In this document: piece by piece, positions 57,257-64,000 of the stretch
How positions within the stretch are numbered: the stretch's first letter is position 1
Layout: each line of letters opens with the position of its first letter
Notes under the pieces: generated by a model
What the model saw: only the letters and a program-made list of their open reading frames with translations
The model's database searches: none
What the model was told of the DNA's origin: nothing
Translations under genes and position numbers: made by a program
Virus record (IMG/VR): IMGVR_UViG_3300044631_000551
Span: 20,439 to 84,438 of that record
Length of the DNA stretch: 64,000 nt
Origin: a virus
Strand: one strand, 5' to 3'

Positions 57257-57880
57257 CTATTGGGGAGTTGTTGTCAAGTTCTTTTCAAGCAAAAGCGATT
57301 TCAACAAATCCATATTTCGATCAATCTTGCCGACAATACCTTTATTATGTTTGGCCAGCATCGAAGTTCTTTTGCTCAAGTAATCTTTCGATTGATATGT
57401 TTTGATAGCATGACAGGTTGCACAAACCACGCGACATTTCTTTATTTCTTCTGCCATGCGATTGATTCCCCAGCTCAAAGGGATCGCTGCACCTTTGTTC
57501 CTACCAGTGGCGCGTTTGATTTTGCTCTTTGAATCAACATGATCAAACTGAAGCGCATAGAAAGGAAACTTACCTTTGCAGTCTTCACAACCAACGCTTT
57601 CTTTGTACGTCTTGAGAAAGAGCATCTTATCGCTCAGGTTCTGTCTACAAGAACGAAGAAACAACACTCGTTTCTTAGGATCTCGTTGTCGTTTGTCATA
57701 ATATTGCTTGGATTTGTGTTTATGTTCTGGAGTATCCTTTACCTTCTCATAATATCGGCGACTCGCTACAGCTCGAGAAGCAGCTTTCGCTGGATCTTTC
57801 TTTATAACATAGTGATAATACCACTTTGAATAGTTCTCTTCCTTCAACTTCTTTTCAGCAGCACTCATCTTCTTACTCAT
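57257..57880 (-). CDS. HNH endonuclease
   Basis: CEDC...ALQFDHVD...EIKKCRVVCATCHAIKT. Confidence 0.8.
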   Translation of the reverse strand: MSKKMSAAEKKLKEENYSKWYYHYVIKKDPAKAASRAVASRRYYEKVKDTPEHKHKSKQYYDKRQRDPKKRVLFLRSCRQNLSDKMLFLKTYKESVGCEDCKGKFPFYALQFDHVDSKSKIKRATGRNKGAAIPLSWGINRMAEEIKKCRVVCATCHAIKTYQSKDYLSKRTSMLAKHNKGIVGKIDRNMDLLKSLLLEKNLTTTPQ

Positions 57881-58785
57881 AGATCGATCTCACTTCGCAT
57901 ACCAATAAAGACAGGGAAGCGCGGTTTGTCTTTAACACCGACTTCGAAGTGTTTATATTTGGCAAGTTTGCCAAGATACTTGTCGCGGTTAGCCCAGATT
58001 TCATCACGGACTTCCTGCGTGTAACCAGAACCGATGTTAAACTCGATACCAGTTTTGATGTCACGAACAATCAGCGCACCAAGTGTATCCATAGCCATTA
58101 GGTTATCCTTGTGGCTAGAACGGAAGCTGTTACCCAGTTCGTTCACTTGCTTGTCATTCATGTTCTTGTAAAGTTCTTCAAAGCCAAGGATCTCAGCTTC
58201 GCTGTCGCTGAATCGCTTCAGCTTAAAGATGTTGGCTTCGCGATTCGTAGAACGACCATGCTTGTATTTACCAGTCAGGCTTCGCACCATAACACCTTCG
58301 TAGCCATCACCGACCAATGCTTTCTCAAAGCCAAGCAACGTATCCTCGTTCATAACGAGGTTCTGCGGCATGATATGAATGCGGTCAGACGGAACTGCTT
58401 TCGCTAGTCGCTTCTGAATGCGCTCGTATCGGGTTTTGTATTCTTCGTCAGCATGCGCTTCGGTCGCATCATCGAACACGCAGAACCGCACATCAGGTTC
58501 ACCGTCCTCGCTCATTACACCAGAGACAGTGACATTATACACATTCTCAGCATTACTCTTACCGACAATCAGCTCGCCGTCAAAACCATTGTACTTGTCT
58601 TGACCGAACAGAAGCTGAACGTACTCATTAGGAATACGTTTCAGATTGCGAGAGTAGACGACGCCATCGCGAATGACGGCACGAATGCCGTCAAGTTTCG
58701 CAGATAGATACATCGGATACGGAAGCTTCTCTATCTCGTCTTGAGTTAGAGTCGCAGCGAGCAAAGGCTTGAAACCTTTAGACAT
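57877..58785 (-). CDS. lig: ATP-dependent DNA ligase
   Basis: KPLLA, KLDGIR, FDGEL, GYEGVMVR, KLKRF.D.EA, PRFPVF. Confidence 0.93.
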   Translation of the reverse strand: MSKGFKPLLAATLTQDEIEKLPYPMYLSAKLDGIRAVIRDGVVYSRNLKRIPNEYVQLLFGQDKYNGFDGELIVGKSNAENVYNVTVSGVMSEDGEPDVRFCVFDDATEAHADEEYKTRYERIQKRLAKAVPSDRIHIMPQNLVMNEDTLLGFEKALVGDGYEGVMVRSLTGKYKHGRSTNREANIFKLKRFSDSEAEILGFEELYKNMNDKQVNELGNSFRSSHKDNLMAMDTLGALIVRDIKTGIEFNIGSGYTQEVRDEIWANRDKYLGKLAKYKHFEVGVKDKPRFPVFIGMRSEIDL

Positions 58786-58789
58786 GGTA

Positions 58790-59011
58790 TTAGTTCCAGT
58801 CGCGGTAATCGTGTTTCGGTTTGATTTTGGTGCTGAAGTAAGTGCCTTTCGATTCGGCATTCAGCAGAGATTCGAACTTCTTGTTAGAAACATCGATGTA
58901 GCTGTATTTGCTACCCGACTTGAATTCAACATACAGTTCTTTGTCAGCTTTATCGTACGCAACTTTGGCGAGATTGCTGGACTTCACTTTGACCCATTTC
59001 AAATCATTCAT
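58790..59011 (-). CDS. KTSC-domain protein
   Basis: V.SSNL..V.YD..L.VEFKSG..Y.Y..V...F..LL.A.SKG.YF. Confidence 0.88.
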   Translation of the reverse strand: MNDLKWVKVKSSNLAKVAYDKADKELYVEFKSGSKYSYIDVSNKKFESLLNAESKGTYFSTKIKPKHDYRDWN

Positions 59012-59047
59012 AGTATTTCTCCATAATTAAGTATTTACCACATCAAT

Positions 59048-59076
59048 AGTATAACCTGAAACCGAGTCCAGGTAAA
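59048..59076 (-). promoter_or_regulatory. early sigma70-like promoter
   Basis: TTTACC-17 bp-TATACT. Confidence 0.6.
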
Positions 59077-59092
59077 AGAATAAACTTCTTAA

Positions 59093-59167
59093 AAATCAAT
59101 AACTTGCAGCCGACCCAAAAACCCAATAAAATCAATGACTTAAAAACCTATCGAAATCAATGGGTTG
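59093..59167 (+). repeat. three IHF-consensus boxes
   Basis: AAATCAATAACTTG (59093), AAATCAATGACTTA (59129), AAATCAATGGGTTG (59154). Confidence 0.7.
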
Positions 59168-59190
59168 CAAGATCGCGGCTCGGACAGCTT

Positions 59191-59460
59191 TTAGAAGTCG
59201 TCTTCGCGCGCAATAGAAGTAGTGAATCTTGTTTCGATATAAACTTGGCTTGGCAGATATTCGTGAATCGTTTCTTCTTCTACCGCATTGTCAAGATATG
59301 CTTCCGCTTCGGCAAGGGAAGTAAAGTAAACGTCTAGACCATCGCGCTGAAAATTGAACCAGTTGACGCTGTCGCCCTCTGGCTGGTATTGCGGATAGAA
59401 TCGTGCTTGTTGTTTGACGTATCGACCAGTCGTGACTTGTCTTGTTCTATATCTGTTCAT
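59191..59460 (-). CDS. hypothetical protein
   Basis: AGGAG RBS. Confidence 0.55.
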   Translation of the reverse strand: MNRYRTRQVTTGRYVKQQARFYPQYQPEGDSVNWFNFQRDGLDVYFTSLAEAEAYLDNAVEEETIHEYLPSQVYIETRFTTSIAREDDF

Positions 59461-59484
59461 TAATGACTCCTAGTGAACTATTAT

Positions 59485-59952
59485 TTAGTCGAGGATGACA
59501 ATCGTCTCATGCTTCAGACCCCACTCACGAAACAACCTGAGCGTGTTGTCAAATCCATAGCGTTGCCAAACTTCAGGCTGTGACATGTAGTCGTTTTTCT
59601 CGCGCGTGGTGACTGTGACAACCCTAGTGATTCCGCGCTGGTAAATCTTGAATGCGCATTTCTGACAGGGATGAAGCGGATAGACGTAGATGGTCGACCC
59701 AGTAATGTTGTCATGCTCGCAATGATTCAGTGCGTTGTGTTCGGCATGTATAATGCGCTTGAGCTTCTCGTCGCGGTCAGCGTACCACTCGGGTTTGTCT
59801 TCCATGCTTGCAGGGAATCCATTATAACCCACCGATGCGATCGTTTTGTTTGGACGTGCGATGACTGCACCAACCTGAGTGGAAGGATCTTTACTCCAAC
59901 CAGCCACGACTGAAGCGAGGTGACCGAAACGCATGTCCCATTTGTTATTCAT
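59485..59952 (-). CDS. dCMP deaminase
   Basis: WSKDPSTQVGAVI, GYNGFP, HAEHNA, PCQKC. Confidence 0.92.
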   Translation of the reverse strand: MNNKWDMRFGHLASVVAGWSKDPSTQVGAVIARPNKTIASVGYNGFPASMEDKPEWYADRDEKLKRIIHAEHNALNHCEHDNITGSTIYVYPLHPCQKCAFKIYQRGITRVVTVTTREKNDYMSQPEVWQRYGFDNTLRLFREWGLKHETIVILD

Positions 59953-60136
59953 CGTAATCAATCCAATTTCTTTCGCCGTCGCTAAACACCGCAGAATCAT
60001 CCCCTATGATTTCTACCTCTAGGTCATAGTGGTGAATGTCATAGTCAGTGAAGCTATGCTCTTCGTGATAGACACGGAATACAATCCCGTTGTCGAGTGT
60101 TCGGATCAGAAATCCTTTTAATCCCTTTGCGTTCAT
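59945..60136 (-). CDS. hypothetical protein
   Basis: Operon-packed ORF. Confidence 0.5.
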   Translation of the reverse strand: MNAKGLKGFLIRTLDNGIVFRVYHEEHSFTDYDIHHYDLEVEIIGDDSAVFSDGERNWIDYDE

Positions 60137-60260
60137 GGGAACATCTCGTCGGAGTCAAGCATTTCTTTCTGCTCTTCGCGTGTGGTCTTGTCTGTTGCTA
60201 TCACCCAGACCAGCGACACGAATGCAGTGATAATAAAGATAGCTAGGATTATGTTAGTCA

Positions 60261-60890
60261 TTATTCTGCTTTCTTGAATTCTGTAATGTAGCTGTTGTCA
60301 GTAATCATCTCACTGCGATTCTCGACTGAGTAGATATTCATATCAATCTCATAGCCAGGATTTTTGGTGATAGGATTATACACCCAAGCATTATCATGCC
60401 AGATGATACGATTGTTAGGATAGACGTAGTAGTTGCCCTCGTCCATCTGAAACACGTGACCGCATTTGTGCTCTGGCGTTTCAGAGAAGTTCGTGTCAAG
60501 CATCGCTCGGTTCTCAAAAGACCAGTCAAGTGTAAACAAATAAATCCCACTGCGCTGTTCGCCCGAGGGAGTAATAAGTTTGGCACGTAGGCGATTGAGT
60601 CGCGACCGAACCTGAACGTCCACGTAGGAACTAAAGCAATCCCAGTAGACATGCTCGTTGAGCTGTCGAATAGGTGCATCAGGCTTCCAGCAAAATGCGG
60701 TGATTGGTCGGCGAGTCCAGTTGACGCCATTCTCTAGGAATGCTTCGAACAATGGAACTCGTCGCTCCATAGAAGCCACAGTATGAACGTCACAGGGAGT
60801 AAACTCACCATGACCTTTCTTATGATTAAACAGATACTCGTTTCGCATGAGACAAGTAATCGTTGGAATGTTATGATTGAGAAATGGCAT
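60261..60890 (-). CDS. conserved hypothetical phage protein
   Basis: LN.NIP, EYL, WDCFS, YLFTLDW, EHKC.H, PNNRIIW. Confidence 0.7.
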   Translation of the reverse strand: MPFLNHNIPTITCLMRNEYLFNHKKGHGEFTPCDVHTVASMERRVPLFEAFLENGVNWTRRPITAFCWKPDAPIRQLNEHVYWDCFSSYVDVQVRSRLNRLRAKLITPSGEQRSGIYLFTLDWSFENRAMLDTNFSETPEHKCGHVFQMDEGNYYVYPNNRIIWHDNAWVYNPITKNPGYEIDMNIYSVENRSEMITDNSYITEFKKAE

Positions 60891-61078
60891 TATCGATACA
60901 CTTCGTCATTCATCTGTGGGGTGCGAATCAGCGGTTCTGGGCATTTTGTTGCAATGCCATACTTCTCGACGCGATCGGCAAGGTCATTACCTGTTACTGA
61001 ATTTCGCAACGCATCAATAATTTCGTTAATTGTAACTTGCATGTTTACTCCATATTATAGTGTTAGGCTACACCAATG

Positions 61079-61107
61079 ATTATACTGTAAAAGTGTGAAT
61101 TAGTAAA
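61079..61107 (-). promoter_or_regulatory. early sigma70-like promoter
   Basis: TTTACT-17 bp-TATAAT. Confidence 0.7.
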
Positions 61108-61112
61108 ATAAT

Positions 61113-61370
61113 TCAGAGATTCCACCAGATAATGAATAAACCTGTGAGAATGCATAGCCCAATGATAAACGCATTGACCCACATCGGTGCAGGTGGTTTC
61201 TTGTATTGGTTCATATAGTCACCAGCATTAGTGAACTTGATATCACGTTCATGTGTCAACCTCTCGATTCGTTCAGCAGCCATAAGTAAAATCATAGACA
61301 AAGCGATGTTCTCCTGCTTGTAAGTTTCGCTTGCGGTTCGTAAAGTTTGTGCCAGTTCGATGTCATTCAT
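61113..61370 (-). CDS. hypothetical membrane-anchored protein
   Basis: C-terminal TM helix. Confidence 0.5.
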   Translation of the reverse strand: MNDIELAQTLRTASETYKQENIALSMILLMAAERIERLTHERDIKFTNAGDYMNQYKKPPAPMWVNAFIIGLCILTGLFIIWWNL

Positions 61371-61848
61371 TTTCTTCTTCCCATGCTTCCATGCCTTCGA
61401 TGATGCCAAACTGCTGGTCTAGGTCATCGTCTAGGATTTCGCGTGCTTCCTCGAGCGAAGACCATTGGACGAATTGATCCTCGCCGTCATAGAATCGACC
61501 AGCAAAGTTCATTCCTGGCTCATAGTACATGGCATCAACCGTGAAGCCAAGTTCTTCCACTAGGAAAGAATAGAATTCCACTGGCGGAGACCAAGCTGAT
61601 TCGAAAGCAAAATAGACACTGTTTTCACTGAGACGGTCAACGTGACCTGCGGTTTCACCACCGATGTCCCATTTGGTTCCCCAGTTATCGACGCGCCAGC
61701 TGTACCAGCTTTCGTCCTCTAGGAGTTGCGGTTGCATCGGATGGAATTCCTGACACAGCTTTCCTTCTCTAAAAGCAGTGATGGCTCGATCGATCTGAGT
61801 CGGATCTTCGTGAGTCAGTGTAAGTGTATTGTCGCACCAATTAGGCAT
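61363..61848 (-). CDS. DUF1281/Api92-like ferredoxin-fold protein
   Basis: MPNWC.N.L, WY.WR..NWGTKWD, F.SAWSPP, YYEPG..F.G. Confidence 0.75.
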   Translation of the reverse strand: MPNWCDNTLTLTHEDPTQIDRAITAFREGKLCQEFHPMQPQLLEDESWYSWRVDNWGTKWDIGGETAGHVDRLSENSVYFAFESAWSPPVEFYSFLVEELGFTVDAMYYEPGMNFAGRFYDGEDQFVQWSSLEEAREILDDDLDQQFGIIEGMEAWEEENE

Positions 61849-62038
61849 TGTTGTTTCTCCGTTGATAGTCAAACATTAGTATATTGAAGTCGCCCATGGC
61901 AGCTTCGTTGAGTGTTTCTTCGATGTCAGTTTCTTCGTCGATTGCGTCCCAGATGCGATTTGCTTCCTGTTCCGAGCATTCGAAGTATTGTTGCAGGTCA
62001 TCGACTGTGATTGTGATTGTGATTTGTCGTTTGCTCAT
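61841..62038 (-). CDS. hypothetical protein
   Basis: Operon-packed early ORF. Confidence 0.5.
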   Translation of the reverse strand: MSKRQITITITVDDLQQYFECSEQEANRIWDAIDEETDIEETLNEAAMGDFNILMFDYQRRNNNA

Positions 62039-62232
62039 AGTGCGTTAATTCCCATGAATGCGTTGAAATCGTCATTAGGTTCTTCCTTTACAGTATGGAC
62101 GATTCTCTCATACCCTTTGTGCTGTGCGTAGTACCAGCGCATCTTCTCGTAGGCTTCCTCTAGGGAGTTGGCTTCGATCTCGGCGACGTCGTAGTTGACA
62201 GTCGTGTTTACTTGAAAGTGGAATCGTTTCAT
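62035..62232 (-). CDS. hypothetical protein
   Basis: IEANSLEEA motif, ATGA overlap. Confidence 0.55.
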   Translation of the reverse strand: MKRFHFQVNTTVNYDVAEIEANSLEEAYEKMRWYYAQHKGYERIVHTVKEEPNDDFNAFMGINAL

Positions 62233-62441
62233 TATCGAATTCCTTTGTCGTTATACATGAAGTCACGAAGAAGTTCCTCGGCTCCAGGAATCGCTCGCAG
62301 TTTCGCAAGTGCTTCCTTCTCGATCTGACAGACGCGCATCTTAGTCAAGCCCATGTGCTCTGCGATCTCTTCGTGAGTATAGACGCGACCCCATTCAACT
62401 TGGGAATCGTCGCCGATGTAGGTGGATGCTTTACGTGCCAT
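62232..62441 (-). CDS. stand-alone sigma70 region-4 HTH protein
   Basis: YTHEEIAEHMGLTKMRVCQIEKEALAKLR matches RpoD region 4.2 (T.EE.G..F.VTRERIRQIE.KAL.KLR). Confidence 0.8.
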   Translation of the reverse strand: MARKASTYIGDDSQVEWGRVYTHEEIAEHMGLTKMRVCQIEKEALAKLRAIPGAEELLRDFMYNDKGIR

Positions 62442-62455
62442 GTGATATTTCCTTA

Positions 62456-62665
62456 TTAGATAACAGAAGTGATGAAGTCATTGTCAACGGGAACACGAGT
62501 AGGCTTCCCAGTCAGCAGGTCATTGACAGGACGCCAGCCCTCGCCACGAACCAGAGCAATCCAGCTGTTGCCAGCCAGCGTCACCCGAGTGGCAAGATAT
62601 CCACGCTCGTTGAGAGTGCGTATCATTGACAGTTTGTAACTTTCGATATCGCGGTAATTCAGCAT
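62456..62665 (-). CDS. hypothetical protein
   Basis: AGGAG RBS before MLNYRD. Confidence 0.5.
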   Translation of the reverse strand: MLNYRDIESYKLSMIRTLNERGYLATRVTLAGNSWIALVRGEGWRPVNDLLTGKPTRVPVDNDFITSVI

Positions 62666-62666
62666 A

Positions 62667-62873
62667 TTATTCTCCTGAGTCAAGACGGACAGGGCGGACG
62701 ATGTAGTCATACGAATAGCCGAAGCCATCGATTTCTTCCTGCATCAGTACATCCATGCGCGCAGTGGCTTGCTCGGGCGAGGAGAAGACACCGCAATAGT
62801 CAGGTGCAAAACCATAGCGGTCACGGAAGAGAACATACACGAGATGGTCGTGCGCCACAGTAAAGTCATTCAT
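62667..62873 (-). CDS. hypothetical protein
   Basis: VYVL...GVFSS.E.A motif common in phage early ORFs. Confidence 0.55.
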   Translation of the reverse strand: MNDFTVAHDHLVYVLFRDRYGFAPDYCGVFSSPEQATARMDVLMQEEIDGFGYSYDYIVRPVRLDSGE

Positions 62874-62874
62874 A

Positions 62875-63099
62875 TTAGTTTCTCACTTGGTAGGTAGACA
62901 GCACCCATTTGGCGCGATTAATCAGCTGGCGCGACCACTCATAGTCTTTACGTTCGATAGCCATTTGCGCGTCAGACATCATAGACATAGCGATCATGTG
63001 GTAGTCAGTATAGGGGATAGCGGAGTCAATAGATTCCTTCATATCGTGTTCGGTACAGCCAAAACATGCGCGTTCGCGCTCAAATTTACTCAGGTTCAT
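62875..63099 (-). CDS. hypothetical early protein
   Basis: TAAGGA RBS; MSMMSDAQ..RQLINRAKW. Confidence 0.6.
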   Translation of the reverse strand: MNLSKFERERACFGCTEHDMKESIDSAIPYTDYHMIAMSMMSDAQMAIERKDYEWSRQLINRAKWVLSTYQVRN

Positions 63100-63127
63100 A
63101 GTTTGCGTTTCCTTATTCATTACAGCT

Positions 63128-63156
63128 ATTGTACTCCCGTTGGGCTGGAAAGTCAA
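63128..63156 (-). promoter_or_regulatory. early sigma70 promoter
   Basis: TTGACT-17 bp-TACAAT. Confidence 0.7.
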
Positions 63157-63173
63157 GCATCGAAACTCCTTGA

Positions 63174-63249
63174 AAATCAATGACTTGCAGAATCCCTGGA
63201 AAACCGAGTAAAATCAAGGACTTGTAACCCTATTGGAATCAATGACTTG
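63174..63249 (+). repeat. three IHF-consensus boxes
   Basis: AAATCAATGACTTG (63174), AAATCAAGGACTTG (63211), GAATCAATGACTTG (63236). Confidence 0.7.
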
Positions 63250-63441
63250 CGAGACCACGGCTCTTGGACGCTCGATCGGCTGGACTGTGACCTCGGTCCA
63301 CTCAGGGAAGTTCTTCTGAGCCCAGTTGACTAGGCGAGTGTTTGTGGCTTTGATGCCTTTTTGCGTCTTTGCGAACACAGGCTTCTCGCGGATGTATACG
63401 AGTTCGTTCTTTTCGAAGACCTCTAGGCGAAGAATTCTCAT
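63214..63441 (-). CDS. hypothetical protein
   Basis: ATGA overlap with upstream ORF; 3' end runs into the IHF boxes. Confidence 0.45.
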   Translation of the reverse strand: MRILRLEVFEKNELVYIREKPVFAKTQKGIKATNTRLVNWAQKNFPEWTEVTVQPIERPRAVVSQVIDSNRVTSP

Positions 63442-63608
63442 TTCTTTTCACCTGCTTTAAGGAACCACAGGCTCAAGCCAACCGACACACCAGTCACGAT
63501 AGCCAGCGTACGAATTTCATCAGGGTTAGCCAGCGTCAGGGCGAACACGACACAGAACAGAGCCACGGTCATCAGACCCAGCGCGAAGTTGTTATAGATT
63601 GCTTTCAT
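63438..63608 (-). CDS. small 2-TM early membrane protein
   Basis: TAAGGA RBS; two hydrophobic helices. Confidence 0.55.
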   Translation of the reverse strand: MKAIYNNFALGLMTVALFCVVFALTLANPDEIRTLAIVTGVSVGLSLWFLKAGEKK

Positions 63609-63633
63609 TTGCATTTCCTTATTCATTACAGTC

Positions 63634-63662
63634 ATTATACTCCTATGTCAGGAGGAAGTCAA
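63634..63662 (-). promoter_or_regulatory. early sigma70 promoter
   Basis: TTGACT-17 bp-TATAAT; IHF boxes upstream at 63696 and 63721. Confidence 0.72.
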
Positions 63663-64000
63663 GCATTAAAAACGACTAGTCTTAAAACCCCTTGCAAATC
63701 AATGACTTATAAATCCTTCAAAATCAATGACTTGCCAGACTGCGGCTCTGTCAGCGATAGAACCAGTATAGGAAACTAAACATCGCCCCAGTGAAAACCA
63801 CAGCCCAGAATGCTCCACTCAGTAGATCGCGGTAGACTCGGTTCATTGTTGTTCCTTGTCTAGGATGATGTCTGCGCGCTCTTGGCGTTTCGCAGCACGG
63901 ATGAGTTCCACGATGTCGTCGAAGTCGATGATGACCTGTTCGCCATCGCCTGTGGGATTCAGCACGATCTCACCGCCATGTTGTTTAATCAGGCGACAGA

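Noticed and set aside
1-64000. Alternative genetic code or stop-codon reassignment
   Set aside because: Conserved genes are full length in the standard code and no suppressor tRNA was seen

Overview
A 64-kb segment of a large T4-like myovirus genome, almost all coded on the minus strand. The host is probably a Gram-negative proteobacterium (inferred from IHF boxes, a CsgG lipoprotein and an ssrA-type tag). In order it holds: baseplate/tail genes (split DUF4815 protein, gp8, gp7, gp6, gp25, a three-part gp5, hub, gp53, gp48, gp4, gp2, gp54, gp26, gp51, tape-measure-like), replication/transcription genes (gp32, gp59, gp33, RNase H, exonucleases, ligase), auxiliary genes (ClpP, PhoH, glutaredoxins, AhpC, GroES, glycosyltransferases), a curli/adenylate-cyclase operon divergent from a GH19 endolysin, 12 tRNAs, a permuted tmRNA, and small early genes behind sigma70-like promoters. 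Main discoveries: (1) the gp7-like protein carries a ~1500-aa Thr-rich extension that is self-complementary at the protein level: aromatic residues on one arm sit opposite Lys/Arg/small residues on the other in exact antiparallel register for ~440-480 residues per arm, implying a giant single-chain beta-hairpin fibre; (2) a late-promoter operon of holin-like pair, CsgF, CsgG, curlin-like protein, FecR and CHASE2 adenylate cyclase; (3) a circularly permuted two-piece tmRNA with tag ANDSYYNQALAA; (4) gp5 split into two paralogous OB-fold genes with different cell-wall hydrolases plus a separate spike gene; (5) phased IHF-box arrays upstream of early promoters. All calls come from reading motifs by eye; no database searches were run.
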